From contig JBKSMS010000012.1 of NCBI GenBank assembly GCA_046881825.1, positions 25,103 through 89,102 of the forward strand: 64,000 nt of DNA, given 5' to 3'. Origin of the DNA: Alphaproteobacteria bacterium (GTDB taxonomy: Bacteria > Pseudomonadota > Alphaproteobacteria > Rs-D84). The translations under genes and the position numbers were made by a program. Shown here piece by piece: positions 46,973 through 57,398 of the stretch (positions within the stretch are counted from its first letter, which is position 1; the number at the start of each line of letters is the position of its first letter). The notes under the pieces were generated by a model. That model searched no databases and was not told the origin of the DNA. It was given only the letters and a program-made list of their open reading frames with translations.

Positions 46973-47848
46973 ATGTCAAAAATTTATGTTTTCCCAGGTC
47001 AAGGCGCACAGTTTGTCGGTATGGGCAAAGAATTGTATGAAAACAATACCACTGCGCGCGCCGTATTTGACGAGGTTGATGATGCATTGGGCGAAAAATT
47101 ATCAAACATAATTTTCAATGGCACAATGGAAGAATTAACATTAACAAAAAATGTTCAACCTGCAATTATGGCAACAAGTGTTGCTATGTTTCGTGCAAGT
47201 GGTTTGTCAATGCCAGAATATGTAGCTGGACACAGTTTGGGGGAATACACCGCGCTTTGTGTGGCGGGTGCAATATCCTTGTCTGATACTGCGCGTTTAC
47301 TTCGCGCACGCGGAAATGCTATGCAATCTGCTGTTCCGGTTGGCATGGGTTTGGTATCTGTAGTTTTGGGATTGGATACAGATACAGTCAAAAATATTTG
47401 TGATGAATGTGGCTGCGATATGGCAAATGATAATTGTCCGGGTCAAGTTGTAATTTCTGGATTAAAGGGTGCGGTTGAAAGCGCAAGTGAAAAATTAAAA
47501 TCTGCTGGTGCGCGTCGCGTTATGCCACTGGCATTATCTGCGCCAGTGCATTGTCGCGACCAAGAGCCATCTGTTGAAGTTATGCGCAAAGAATTTGAAA
47601 ATGTTAAAATAGAAATACCAAAATCAAAATGGATTTCTAATAAAACTTGTGCTGTTATTGAAAATCCAGATGATATAAAAGAAGCACTGATTTATCAATT
47701 AACACATGGTGTTCGTTGGCGCGAAAGTGTTTTGGAAATGGTAAATCTTGGTATAAATACAGCGGTTGAAATCGGTCCGGGCAGTGTTCTGTCTGGTTTG
47801 ATTTCCCGCACAACAGATAAAATAAAAACAGAAAAATTGGAGATATAA
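46973..47848 (+). CDS. fabD: Malonyl CoA-ACP transacylase
   Basis: VFPGQGAQFVGMG, the active site GHSLGEYTA and the fabD-fabG order support the call. Confidence 0.93.
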   Translation: MSKIYVFPGQGAQFVGMGKELYENNTTARAVFDEVDDALGEKLSNIIFNGTMEELTLTKNVQPAIMATSVAMFRASGLSMPEYVAGHSLGEYTALCVAGAISLSDTARLLRARGNAMQSAVPVGMGLVSVVLGLDTDTVKNICDECGCDMANDNCPGQVVISGLKGAVESASEKLKSAGARRVMPLALSAPVHCRDQEPSVEVMRKEFENVKIEIPKSKWISNKTCAVIENPDDIKEALIYQLTHGVRWRESVLEMVNLGINTAVEIGPGSVLSGLISRTTDKIKTEKLEI

Positions 47849-47849
47849 A

Positions 47850-48575
47850 ATGTTTGAATTAAAAGACAAAGTTGTTTTAATCACAGGTGCCACAGGTGGT
47901 ATTGGTGGTGCTATTGCAAATCAAATGAAAGCAGCTGGGGCAACTGTTGTTTTAACTGGACGCGATGAAAAAAAATTATCCAATTTTGATGATTCTTTTA
48001 TAAAAATTGTGGCTGATTTGTCTGTTGATGGCGTGGCTGAAAAATTGATTGATGAAACTATTGCAAAGGTTGGTCGCATTGATGTTTTAATCAATAACGC
48101 TGGGATTACTGCTGATACTTTGATGATGCGTATGACTGATGAACAGTTTGATAATGTTTTGAACACTAATTTGCGCGCAACATTTAAATTGTGCCGCGCA
48201 TGTTTAATGCCAATGATGAAACAAAGATACGGTCGCATTATAAACATGGCATCAATCGTTGGTGTTGTTGGTGGTGCGGGTCAGGCTAATTATGCGGCAA
48301 GCAAAGGCGCAATTATTGCAATGTCTAAATCTATTGCTGCCGAAGTGGCTTCGCGTGGTATTACCGCGAACGCAATCGCCCCAGGATTTATCAAAACACC
48401 AATGACAGATGTTTTATCGGAAGAATTAAAAAAGAAGTATTTAGAACAAATACCTGCTGGGCGTTTTGGTGAACCAATTGATATCGCTAATGCTTGCGTA
48501 TTCTTGGCAAGCGATGAAGCGTCGTACATAAACGGACAAACAATTCATGTAAACGGTGGTATGGGAAGATTCTAA
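47850..48575 (+). CDS. fabG: 3-oxoacyl-ACP reductase
   Basis: The SDR motifs are TGATGGIG, NNAG and YAASKGA. Confidence 0.93.
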   Translation: MFELKDKVVLITGATGGIGGAIANQMKAAGATVVLTGRDEKKLSNFDDSFIKIVADLSVDGVAEKLIDETIAKVGRIDVLINNAGITADTLMMRMTDEQFDNVLNTNLRATFKLCRACLMPMMKQRYGRIINMASIVGVVGGAGQANYAASKGAIIAMSKSIAAEVASRGITANAIAPGFIKTPMTDVLSEELKKKYLEQIPAGRFGEPIDIANACVFLASDEASYINGQTIHVNGGMGRF

Positions 48576-48579
48576 ATAA

Positions 48580-50232
48580 ATGAAAAAATATGATGTGATT
48601 GTTATCGGTGGTGGACATGCGGGTGTGGAAGCAGCAACTGCATCTGCGCGTCGTGGTGCAAAAACACTTTTGTTGACTATGCGCGAAAGTGATATTGGCG
48701 CTATGTCTTGCAATCCGTCTATTGGGGGGCCTGGGAAATCTCAAATGGTTGCTGAAATAGCTGCATTTGGTGGTGTTATACCGTTTGCGGCAGATTCGTC
48801 TGGTATTCATTGGCGAACACTTAATGCCACGCATGGCGCCGCAACTCAGGCTTTGCGCGCACAAATAGATAGAAATTTTTATCATGATGCTGTGATGAAA
48901 ATTTTAAAAGAAACAAAAAATTTAGATGTGATTTTTGAACCTGTTGTTGATTTAGATTTGAAAAGAAAAACCGTCAATGGCAAATATCGTGCTGTATCCA
49001 TCGTTTTAACTACTGGGACTTTCTTGGGTGGTTTGGTGACAAGGGGAAATGAAAAAATTCCATCTGGCCGTTTAATGGATAATGGCGAATATCAAGAAAA
49101 CGATACACATATTTCTTCTGTTTTAAAAAAGGCAGGATTTGAATTATTTCGTCTTAAAACTGGAACACCTGCGCGTATTTATCGCGACAGTATTGATTTT
49201 AGTGTATGCGAAGAACAACCGGGTGATACACCACATGATTGGTTTGGATTAGGCGATAAAAAAAATACTATAAATGATAAATGTTTTATTACACATACAA
49301 ATGAAAAAACGCATGAAATAATTCGCAAAAACATTAAAAAAGCGCCAATGTATAACGGCGATATAACTGGTCTTGGTCCACGGTATTGCCCATCATTGGA
49401 AGACAAAGTTATGCGTTTCCCAGAACATAAAACACACCATGTATTTTTAGAACCCGAAGGTTGGGGCAGCGATTTAATTTATCCAAACGGTATTTCAACA
49501 TCTTTTGGTGCAGATGTTCAAGATAAATGGATACGCACTATTCCAGGGCTTGAAAATGCCCGCATAGCGCGTTATGGTTATGCAATTGAATATGATGCTA
49601 TTGATGCACGTATGTTAAAATCTACATTAGAATCAAAAGATATTCCTGGTTTATTTTTTGCTGGACAAATCAATGGAACATCGGGTTATGAAGAGGCCGC
49701 CGCCCAAGGTATTGTTGCAGGCGCAAATGCTGCTGCATTCGCATTAAATATTGAACCACTGGTATTAGACAGAACTAATTCAATGATTGGCGTTTTGATT
49801 GATGATATAACATCATTGGGGGTTGATGAACCATATCGTATGTTCACTTCGCGTGCCGAATATAGATTAAACTTACGTGCAGATAACGCAATATTAAGGT
49901 TAGGCGAAATTAGTGAATCAATCGGGTTAATTTCAAAAGATTTACATAAAAAAATTAAAAAATTGCGCGAAAATACAGCAAAAGAAAATGACAAATTTTA
50001 TGCAGGCTATATCGCAAGAAACGAACGCGAAATCGCAAATTATAAACGGGATGCACAATTAAAAATTCCCGCTGATTTTGATTATAAATCACTATCCGGT
50101 TTAACAAATGAATTGATTGAAAAAATGACAAAAGCGCGTCCTGAAAACATCGCGGCATTATCGCGGATTCCGGGTATTACCCCGGCTGGGATAATGGTAG
50201 TTTTACGCAAAATAAAATGTGGAAATAATTAA
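48580..50232 (+). CDS. mnmG: tRNA uridine 5-carboxymethylaminomethyl modification enzyme MnmG (GidA), compact form
   Basis: [58 protein letters not shown] and the C-terminal SRIPGITPA are present. It is 550 aa, shorter than typical. Confidence 0.9.
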   Translation: MKKYDVIVIGGGHAGVEAATASARRGAKTLLLTMRESDIGAMSCNPSIGGPGKSQMVAEIAAFGGVIPFAADSSGIHWRTLNATHGAATQALRAQIDRNFYHDAVMKILKETKNLDVIFEPVVDLDLKRKTVNGKYRAVSIVLTTGTFLGGLVTRGNEKIPSGRLMDNGEYQENDTHISSVLKKAGFELFRLKTGTPARIYRDSIDFSVCEEQPGDTPHDWFGLGDKKNTINDKCFITHTNEKTHEIIRKNIKKAPMYNGDITGLGPRYCPSLEDKVMRFPEHKTHHVFLEPEGWGSDLIYPNGISTSFGADVQDKWIRTIPGLENARIARYGYAIEYDAIDARMLKSTLESKDIPGLFFAGQINGTSGYEEAAAQGIVAGANAAAFALNIEPLVLDRTNSMIGVLIDDITSLGVDEPYRMFTSRAEYRLNLRADNAILRLGEISESIGLISKDLHKKIKKLRENTAKENDKFYAGYIARNEREIANYKRDAQLKIPADFDYKSLSGLTNELIEKMTKARPENIAALSRIPGITPAGIMVVLRKIKCGNN

Positions 50233-50258
50233 AAATATATACTATGATTTTCTCATTC

Positions 50259-50334
50259 GCCGGTTTAGCTCAGCTGGTAGAGCATCTCATTCGTAATGAG
50301 GGGGTCGTAGGTTCAAGTCCTATAACCGGCACCA
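50259..50334 (+). tRNA. tRNA-Thr (anticodon CGU)
   Basis: GCCGGTTTAGCTCAGCTGGTAGAGCATCTCATTCGTAATGAGGGGGTCGTAGGTTCAAGTCCTATAACCGGCACCA has anticodon loop TTCGTAA. Confidence 0.9.
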
Positions 50335-50359
50335 GAATAAAAAGAAGGAGAGAAAAATC

Positions 50360-50689
50360 ATGAAAAAAATTATTTTATTACTGGCAACTATCGTTTTAAC
50401 AGGTTGCGATTCTTTCCAACAACCGAAATGTTGGGACAAAAAAGCGAAAGATTTCTTATTAAACGATACTGATTATACGGAAACAAATAACGATACAAAT
50501 TCTCCTGATTTTATGAAAACCTCTAATTATAAAGCCGTACAAATTAAAGATATATATGATGATAACGATGGAAATTGTGTAGGAACCGTTCTGTTCTCAA
50601 ATGGTAAAACATGGACATATACATATAAAATTAGATATGTAAAAACAGAGAAAGGAAAAGAAACTAGGGTTTATGACGTAACATACTAA
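50360..50689 (+). CDS. Small lipoprotein, unknown function
   Basis: The signal peptide carries the lipobox VLTGC. An AAGGAG SD sits upstream. It lies between tRNA-Thr and a terminator. Confidence 0.55.
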   Translation: MKKIILLLATIVLTGCDSFQQPKCWDKKAKDFLLNDTDYTETNNDTNSPDFMKTSNYKAVQIKDIYDDNDGNCVGTVLFSNGKTWTYTYKIRYVKTEKGKETRVYDVTY

Positions 50690-50716
50690 AAATACCGGCT
50701 TTTGCCGGTGTTTTTA
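50690..50716. terminator. Bidirectional terminator (ACCGGCTTTTGCCGGT + T5)
   Basis: The hairpin lies between the lipoprotein gene and the convergent nth. Confidence 0.75.
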
Positions 50717-51388
50717 ATGTTTTTTATCACTTGCACAACACCACTTATTTACCGGGCAATTTTGACAATCTGGACGAAGTGCTTTGCATGTGTATCGTCC
50801 ATGCAAAACCATTACATGATTGACGATTGCATGATATTTTTTCGGGATTATTTTTAATAATTTTGCTTCCACTTTTTCTGGGGTATTTTCTTTTTCATCA
50901 CACCAACCAAATCTGTGTGCCAATCTAAACACATGTGTATCAACCCCGATGTTTGGCGCATTCCACAAAACATTCATTATCACATTTGCTGTCTTTTGAC
51001 CGACACCCGCCAATTTCATCAATTCACTGCGTTCATGATACTTTTGCGGAAATTTATAGTTCAAATCATTGCTGTTTTTATCTTTTAATTGCGTAGCAAG
51101 TTTTATGATATTGTTTGCCTTGTTATTAAAAAAAGAAATTACTTTGATTTGTTTTTTTAACTCAATCAAACCCAATTCCAGCATTTTATCGGGTGTTGGC
51201 GCAATTTTAAACAGATTTGGGGTTACTTCATTAACCTTTCTATCAGTTGCCTGGGCTGATAAAATTACAGCTACCGCAAAAGTAAATTCGTTAATCGAAT
51301 ATAACTCTGACCGGATATTCATATTCAATGTTTTTGGAACATTTTCAAAATAAATATCCGGTGTAAGAGTTATTTTCTTTTTTGTCAT
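50714..51388 (-). CDS. nth: Endonuclease III
   Basis: The HhH motif is LMKLAGVGQKTANVIMN. The 4Fe-4S cluster loop is CKALRPDCQNCPVNKWC. Confidence 0.9.
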   Translation of the reverse strand: MTKKKITLTPDIYFENVPKTLNMNIRSELYSINEFTFAVAVILSAQATDRKVNEVTPNLFKIAPTPDKMLELGLIELKKQIKVISFFNNKANNIIKLATQLKDKNSNDLNYKFPQKYHERSELMKLAGVGQKTANVIMNVLWNAPNIGVDTHVFRLAHRFGWCDEKENTPEKVEAKLLKIIPKKYHAIVNHVMVLHGRYTCKALRPDCQNCPVNKWCCASDKKH

Positions 51389-54300
51389 TTATGCTTTTTC
51401 AATATCGATTGCAAAATTATATTCTTCAATAGTTGTTGTGAATTGTTCCGCAGCACCTGGATTCATTTCAACAATCAACGCATCGTGCATTATGCGTTTT
51501 TTGTGTGCTTCTATCGCGCGAAACAGCGCAAAATCAGCCGTTACGGTCAATTTTATTCTATCCGATACATCCAATCCAGCGGCTTTGCGTGAATCTTGAA
51601 TAAAGCGCAAAGCATCGTTCACCAAGCCTTCGGCTAATAATTCGCCATTGGTTTCGGTATTCAAAACAACCACCGCAGTATTATCGGGCAGGGCAGCACC
51701 AGTTACACCTTCTTTGACAGTCAATCTGTTTTCAAATTCATCGCTGTTCAGTGTATATTCACCAACAACCAATTTGTCACCATCAATTGTGTAATCGCCG
51801 CGTTTAACCGCTGGGATAATATCTTTTAATGCACCACCAAGACGCGAACCAATTTTTGGTGTAATTAGATACACAAAAGAATCGGCAACTGATTTGATAT
51901 TATCAACAAATTTGACTTCTTTGACATTTAATTCATCACGGATAATATCTGCATATTCTGCCATATCAACACCAGCAATAGTGACATCTGATAACGGCAA
52001 ACGATTACGCAATCTGTATTGTTCACGAAGTTGTTTACCCGTCGATACTATCATTTGAACACGACGCATATCGTTCAATATATTTTCGTTTGTGTCCGCT
52101 GCAGTTGGCCAATCTTCCAAATGAACAGATTCTTTGCCTGTTAAATTCTTGAATATGTATTCACTTATGAACGGTGCAAAAGGCGCAAGGCATTTACAGA
52201 ATGTCACCAACACATAATGTAATGTTTCAAAAGCACTTTCGTCTTCGTCCCAGAATCTGTCACGATTACGACGAATATACCAGTTATTCAACACATCCAA
52301 AAATCTGACAAATTCTTTGATTGCGATATCTGGTTTATATTCGTTTAATGATGTCGTCGTTGTTTTTACCAAATCATTTAATTCAGATAAAATATATTTA
52401 TCCAATAAATTTTCATCATCTGGTTCTTTCTCTACGGTGATTTTTCCCGCATTGGCATAAAGCGTAAAGAAATGATACGCGTTCCAAAGTGGTGTTAAAA
52501 TCGTCTTTATAGAATCATTAAAGACCTTGCCTTCTTTATCAACACAAACGCCTTCTGCTTTCATAAAATTACTGCCCTGGATAAAAAGACGAATTGCGTC
52601 CGCGCCATATATTTCAAATTGTTCACTTGGGTCAGAATAATTATGTAACGATTTGGCAAATTTTCTTTTCTGTTCATCTAAAATCATACCGTTAGCAGAT
52701 ACAACACGGAATGCCGGTTTATCAAACAATGCAACCGCAATAACCATCAAGGCATAAAACCATCCACGCGTTTGGTCTTGACCTTCGATAATATAATCTG
52801 CCGGGAAAGTTTTTTCAAACACATCCTTGTTTTCAAATGGATAATGTAATTGAGCGAATGGCATAGAGCCGCTTTCCACCCAGCAATCCAAAACATCAGA
52901 TATACGATGCCAGCCGTCTTTTTCTAACTTATCCAAAGTTGGTCGATGTAAATCATCAATTTTCACACCAAAGAAATCTTCTATTTCTTTGATTGAACCA
53001 AAGATTTTATATTGACCATCTTTTTCCCAAATCGGTAATGGAACACCCCAAAATCTGTTGCGAGAAATCCCCCAAGGGCGCGCATTTTCTATCCATGCCA
53101 TAAAACGATTTCCTGCACTGGTCCATGTTGTTTCATTTTTTGTTATTTCAACCAATCTTTCACGAATCTTTGGAACATCAATATACCACGCATCTGTTGC
53201 ACGATAAATCAGTTTTTCATGGCTGCGCGGACCGAACGGATAGCTGTGTTTATGTTGGTCTTTTTTAACCAAGATTCCATTGTCGCGCAACCAATCTATG
53301 ATTTTTGGATTCGCAACAAAGATATTTTCACCCGCCCAATCGGTGACAGTAGAATCAAAATTACCATAATCATCAACATTCAAAATTACCGGGAATTTTG
53401 GGTCAACCGCCTTTGCCACAAAATAGTCATCTTCACCATATGCAGGTGCAATATGAACGATACCAGTTCCATCGCTGTCCGATACATAATCCCCAGAAAT
53501 CACCGTATACAGCCCATGACCATCCTTTGCCAAATCCGTATAGTATGGGAATATCGGCTTATAATGCAAGCCCACCAAATCAGAACCCAAAACAGTTCCT
53601 AAATTTTCAGATGTTGCAAATATTTTTTCATAAGCTTTTAACCGGCTTTCTGCCAAAACATAAACATGTCCGTCTTCATGACGCAGTCTTAAATATTTCA
53701 TTTTTGGATTTACCGCCAACGCAGAATTAGCCGGCAGCGTCCATGGTGTTGTTGTCCAAGCAATAGCCCTGTCGCCATTTTCCAATTCAAACCAAACTGT
53801 CACTGTATCATCAACGATATCTTGGTATTCACTTGATGCTTCGCTGTTAGATAAAACAGTTCCCAATTTCCAATCAAATGGATTAACTTTGAAATCTTTA
53901 TAGAGCAAACCTTTGTCATATAATTGTTTCAAGCCCCAAATTACAGATTCCATATAATTAGTATCCATTGTGCGGTATCCAAACCCGTCACCACCATCAA
54001 CCCAACGACCAATACGTTCAATAAATCGCGACCATTCATTGGTATATGTCATAACATCGATTTTGCACATATCACAGAAAGCCGCAATACCGTTTGTTGC
54101 GACAATATCTTTCGCACTTTTACCCTGTTTTTTTTCAACAGAATTTTCAGCCGGAAGTCCGTGACAGTCCCATCCCAATTCACGCACAACATGTTTGCCA
54201 CACATTGTTTGATAACGCGAAACCATATCCTTAATACACGACACACCTAAATGTCCCCAATGTGGCAAACCATTTCCAAATGGTGGACCATCATAAAAAT

Positions 54301-54427
54301 TAAACTCTTCCCCCATTTTGGTTTTATTCAAAGACTTATGAAAAGTGTCGTCTTGGCGCCAAAAATCTATAACCTGGTGTTCAAGTTCTGCAAAATTCGC
54401 CTTTGGTTCTGTTTTTTTATATGCCAT
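51389..54427 (-). CDS. ileS: Isoleucyl-tRNA synthetase, type 2 (eukaryote-like) form
   Basis: FYDGPPFGNGLPHWGHL is the HIGH region in the type-2 FYDGPPF context. The KMSKS-like motif is KFAKS. A large CP1 editing insert is present, and the protein is 1012 aa. Confidence 0.93.
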   Translation of the reverse strand: MAYKKTEPKANFAELEHQVIDFWRQDDTFHKSLNKTKMGEEFNFYDGPPFGNGLPHWGHLGVSCIKDMVSRYQTMCGKHVVRELGWDCHGLPAENSVEKKQGKSAKDIVATNGIAAFCDMCKIDVMTYTNEWSRFIERIGRWVDGGDGFGYRTMDTNYMESVIWGLKQLYDKGLLYKDFKVNPFDWKLGTVLSNSEASSEYQDIVDDTVTVWFELENGDRAIAWTTTPWTLPANSALAVNPKMKYLRLRHEDGHVYVLAESRLKAYEKIFATSENLGTVLGSDLVGLHYKPIFPYYTDLAKDGHGLYTVISGDYVSDSDGTGIVHIAPAYGEDDYFVAKAVDPKFPVILNVDDYGNFDSTVTDWAGENIFVANPKIIDWLRDNGILVKKDQHKHSYPFGPRSHEKLIYRATDAWYIDVPKIRERLVEITKNETTWTSAGNRFMAWIENARPWGISRNRFWGVPLPIWEKDGQYKIFGSIKEIEDFFGVKIDDLHRPTLDKLEKDGWHRISDVLDCWVESGSMPFAQLHYPFENKDVFEKTFPADYIIEGQDQTRGWFYALMVIAVALFDKPAFRVVSANGMILDEQKRKFAKSLHNYSDPSEQFEIYGADAIRLFIQGSNFMKAEGVCVDKEGKVFNDSIKTILTPLWNAYHFFTLYANAGKITVEKEPDDENLLDKYILSELNDLVKTTTTSLNEYKPDIAIKEFVRFLDVLNNWYIRRNRDRFWDEDESAFETLHYVLVTFCKCLAPFAPFISEYIFKNLTGKESVHLEDWPTAADTNENILNDMRRVQMIVSTGKQLREQYRLRNRLPLSDVTIAGVDMAEYADIIRDELNVKEVKFVDNIKSVADSFVYLITPKIGSRLGGALKDIIPAVKRGDYTIDGDKLVVGEYTLNSDEFENRLTVKEGVTGAALPDNTAVVVLNTETNGELLAEGLVNDALRFIQDSRKAAGLDVSDRIKLTVTADFALFRAIEAHKKRIMHDALIVEMNPGAAEQFTTTIEEYNFAIDIEKA

Positions 54428-54648
54428 TGTTTTTTACCTTTGTTGCATTAAAAAAGAGCGCTTATGCGCCCCAGCCCCCGCCAAAGCGCAGTTGCTGATT
54501 ATTTAATAATGATTATTGTTTTTTTGTTCATGTCCTTATTTATACAATTATTTTTAATAAAAATCAAGTAATCTGTTGATTTTTTGTTATATTCATATAG
54601 AATTATCCTGCGTAGTTGAGAGTGTGATAAAAACAAAAGGGCTTTTTT

Positions 54649-55035
54649 ATGTTCACACAACGCGATAAAATTAAAGAATTGGCTGAATATATGGTCAAAG
54701 ACGAAAATACACAATGTTTGATTTTCAGAAATACTAATTATGGTCAAAAAGATTGCGCAGAAGTTTTAACTTGCGAATATACCACACCAAAAAACCTTAA
54801 AATCGTTTATAATGAATGGTTTGTCGAAGGTTTTGAATTAGCTAAAAAAATGGAATTACCAGGAACCGAAAAACATGGAAAACTGGTAAAAGGCAGCGGT
54901 GTCATGGTTTCAAGTAAAAAGTCAGGAACTTATACTTTCTATGGCAAAGATGCTTTGTCTATTAAAAACGCATGTGAATTAAATCGCGATATGGAATCTT
55001 TGATTATATCAAACCATAATTTAAAGATAAGATAA
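54649..55035 (+). CDS. Hypothetical cytoplasmic protein
   Basis: It is a 128-aa ORF with no recognisable motif, bounded by a strong terminator. Confidence 0.45.
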   Translation: MFTQRDKIKELAEYMVKDENTQCLIFRNTNYGQKDCAEVLTCEYTTPKNLKIVYNEWFVEGFELAKKMELPGTEKHGKLVKGSGVMVSSKKSGTYTFYGKDALSIKNACELNRDMESLIISNHNLKIR

Positions 55036-55060
55036 AAAAACCGCCAATACGGCGGTTTTT
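55034..55060. terminator. Bidirectional terminator (A7-CCGCCAATACGGCGG-T5)
   Basis: The hairpin lies between the hypothetical gene and the convergent pheT. Confidence 0.8.
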
Positions 55061-55061
55061 C

Positions 55062-57383
55062 TTATGCACGCAGCTTTGCACCACATTTTGTTTCTATTGC
55101 TTTGATTACCTTGTCTTGAATTTCCAGCAATTCTTTGTCAGACATATTAGCATCAGGATAAATCGTAATTGTAAAGGCAATAGATTTTTTACCATCACCC
55201 ATATCAAATGCATCAAATATAACAGCATCCGCAATCTTTGAATCAGAACTAATCGCAGTTGCTATTATTTTTTCAGCCGCAAAATTTGTTTCAACCACAA
55301 ATGCAAAATCACGCGTAATCGGCATAAAATCTGTCATTGGGATTTTTTTGTGTTTTGGATTTTGCGGTAAATCATCAATATTTTCAACAATTGCCACATA
55401 TACTTTGGTTTTAATATGCAACTGTTTCGCAACAGATGGATGTAATTCACCAAATTCACCCAATACTTTTTTACCCTGAACAATTTTACCATATTTATAA
55501 GGATGCGCCCAACGCGGTGCATTTGTTGTATCAATTGTGTATTTTTGTGCACCAAGCAGGGATATTATATCAGCCTTGACATCAAAGACATCAACACTTC
55601 TATTGCGTTTTTGCCAATGTTTTGGTGATGTTTCACCACAACGCACAATACAAAGACCAAAATGTTGTTCCCCAGGTTTGTCACCATCAAATACTGTTCC
55701 CAATTCAAACATATTCAAATCAGAAAAACCGCGTTTTTCATTGTTTGCGACAGCAACCAAAAGATTTTCCAATAAATTATTTCTTGCTGTATCCAAATCT
55801 ACGGTTATTGGGTTTGCTATTTTAACAATTGGTTTATCTGTTAACAGTTCTTCGATTTTCGAATTACCAAAACCGAAAGTAATCGCTTCATTAAGCCCGC
55901 GATTAACAAGTTGTTGCTTTAAAGACACATTCATATCTTTGTGAACCACATTCATAGTATTTTGTGGCATTTCCTTTAAACCAATTTTTTCATAACCATA
56001 AATACGCACCAATTCGGACACTATGTTTTCAGGCATAACAACATCTGTTCTTTGTGGATTTGGTGTGATTATCCAATTACCTTTTTTATCTTCTTTGATT
56101 TCAAAATGTAATTTTAAAAGTATATCTTTTTGTGTTTTTGCATCTAATTTTATACCTGTTTTCTTTTCAAATATAGATGGGCTGTATACGACAGATTCTG
56201 GCGTATAGGAAGCGCATCCTGCAACAGAAACATTAACTATTTTTCCACCACATGTATCCATTATTATTTTTGCAGCTTTGGACAAAGCATGCAAAGTCCC
56301 ATCTGGATTTATATTGCGTTCATATCGGTATGAAGAATCTGTTGATACACCATGTCTTTTTGATGATTTGCGAACAGATACAGGATCAAAATACGCTGAT
56401 TCCAAGATAATATTTTTTGTGTTATCTGTGGTTGATGCACGTTTTCCGCCGATAACACCAGCCAATGCCAATATTCCAGCGTCATCTGTTATAACCAAAT
56501 CTTTATCACATAATTCATGTTCGTTATCGAAAAGATCTTTGAATTTTTCGCCTTTTTTTGCCATACGAACCGTTATATCACCTTTGACTTCATCTGCATC
56601 AAAACAATGCATAGGTTGTGCCAAATCATAACATATATAATTAGTAGCATCCACAGGTGCATTTTTTGGGTTTATCCCGGCAGATAACAAACGCGATTGA
56701 ATCGTTTTATTTGATGGCGCATTTTTAATTCCATGAATTTCACAAAATCTATAAGTTGGACATGCGTCTTTTGCCAAAAGATTTACTTTGCGTGTTCCTT
56801 TGACTTCTTTTAATTCGTTTATTTTTTCATCAATAAAATCACCAGCACCCGCAGCGCTTAAATCCAGCGCAATTCCACGAACTGACAGATAATCAGGACG
56901 GTTTGGTGTTATGGAAGTTTCCAAAATCGCAGACGCAGAACCAGACAATGCCGATATAGGTTGCCCGATTATTTCTTGCTTTTCATCTAATTCGATAATA
57001 CCACTGTGGTCATCATTGATTCCCAATTCTTTGCCAGAACACATCATGCCGTCTGATAATACACCGCGCAATTTGCCGCTTTGAATCACCATATCGCCAA
57101 TTTTACAACCAGGTATTGCCAATGCAGAAACCAATCCTACGCGTGCATTTGGCGCACCACACACAACCTGACGCAAAATACCAGTCCCATCATCCACCAT
57201 TAATACATGTAGATGGTCACTGTTTTCGTGTGGTTTGCATTCAACGATTTTAGCAGCAATTGGCAATATTGGATTATATAAATCTTCAACTTCCAACCCA
57301 ACAGCATTTAATTTGTCTGCGATTTCTTCCGGAGTTAAATCTGTTTTTAAATATTGTTTTAACCATTCATAAGACCATTTCAT
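55062..57383 (-). CDS. pheT: Phenylalanyl-tRNA synthetase beta subunit
   Basis: MKWSYEWLKQYL starts the protein. A tRNA-binding OB domain, B3/4, B5 and FDX-ACB-like C-terminal domains are present. Confidence 0.95.
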   Translation of the reverse strand: MKWSYEWLKQYLKTDLTPEEIADKLNAVGLEVEDLYNPILPIAAKIVECKPHENSDHLHVLMVDDGTGILRQVVCGAPNARVGLVSALAIPGCKIGDMVIQSGKLRGVLSDGMMCSGKELGINDDHSGIIELDEKQEIIGQPISALSGSASAILETSITPNRPDYLSVRGIALDLSAAGAGDFIDEKINELKEVKGTRKVNLLAKDACPTYRFCEIHGIKNAPSNKTIQSRLLSAGINPKNAPVDATNYICYDLAQPMHCFDADEVKGDITVRMAKKGEKFKDLFDNEHELCDKDLVITDDAGILALAGVIGGKRASTTDNTKNIILESAYFDPVSVRKSSKRHGVSTDSSYRYERNINPDGTLHALSKAAKIIMDTCGGKIVNVSVAGCASYTPESVVYSPSIFEKKTGIKLDAKTQKDILLKLHFEIKEDKKGNWIITPNPQRTDVVMPENIVSELVRIYGYEKIGLKEMPQNTMNVVHKDMNVSLKQQLVNRGLNEAITFGFGNSKIEELLTDKPIVKIANPITVDLDTARNNLLENLLVAVANNEKRGFSDLNMFELGTVFDGDKPGEQHFGLCIVRCGETSPKHWQKRNRSVDVFDVKADIISLLGAQKYTIDTTNAPRWAHPYKYGKIVQGKKVLGEFGELHPSVAKQLHIKTKVYVAIVENIDDLPQNPKHKKIPMTDFMPITRDFAFVVETNFAAEKIIATAISSDSKIADAVIFDAFDMGDGKKSIAFTITIYPDANMSDKELLEIQDKVIKAIETKCGAKLRA

Positions 57384-57398
57384 TTTTAACCCCTTTTA

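Noticed and set aside
48441-48885. 90- and 132-aa ORFs antisense to the fabG/mnmG junction
   Set aside because: They are antisense to well-supported genes. The Arg/Cys/His-rich products are typical of reverse-frame translation.
54499-54747. 82-aa minus-strand ORF in the ileS / hypothetical-gene divergent spacer
   Set aside because: It overlaps the start of the better-supported plus-strand gene. The peptide is Ile/Asn/Phe-rich, typical of AT-rich non-coding DNA, and there is no SD.
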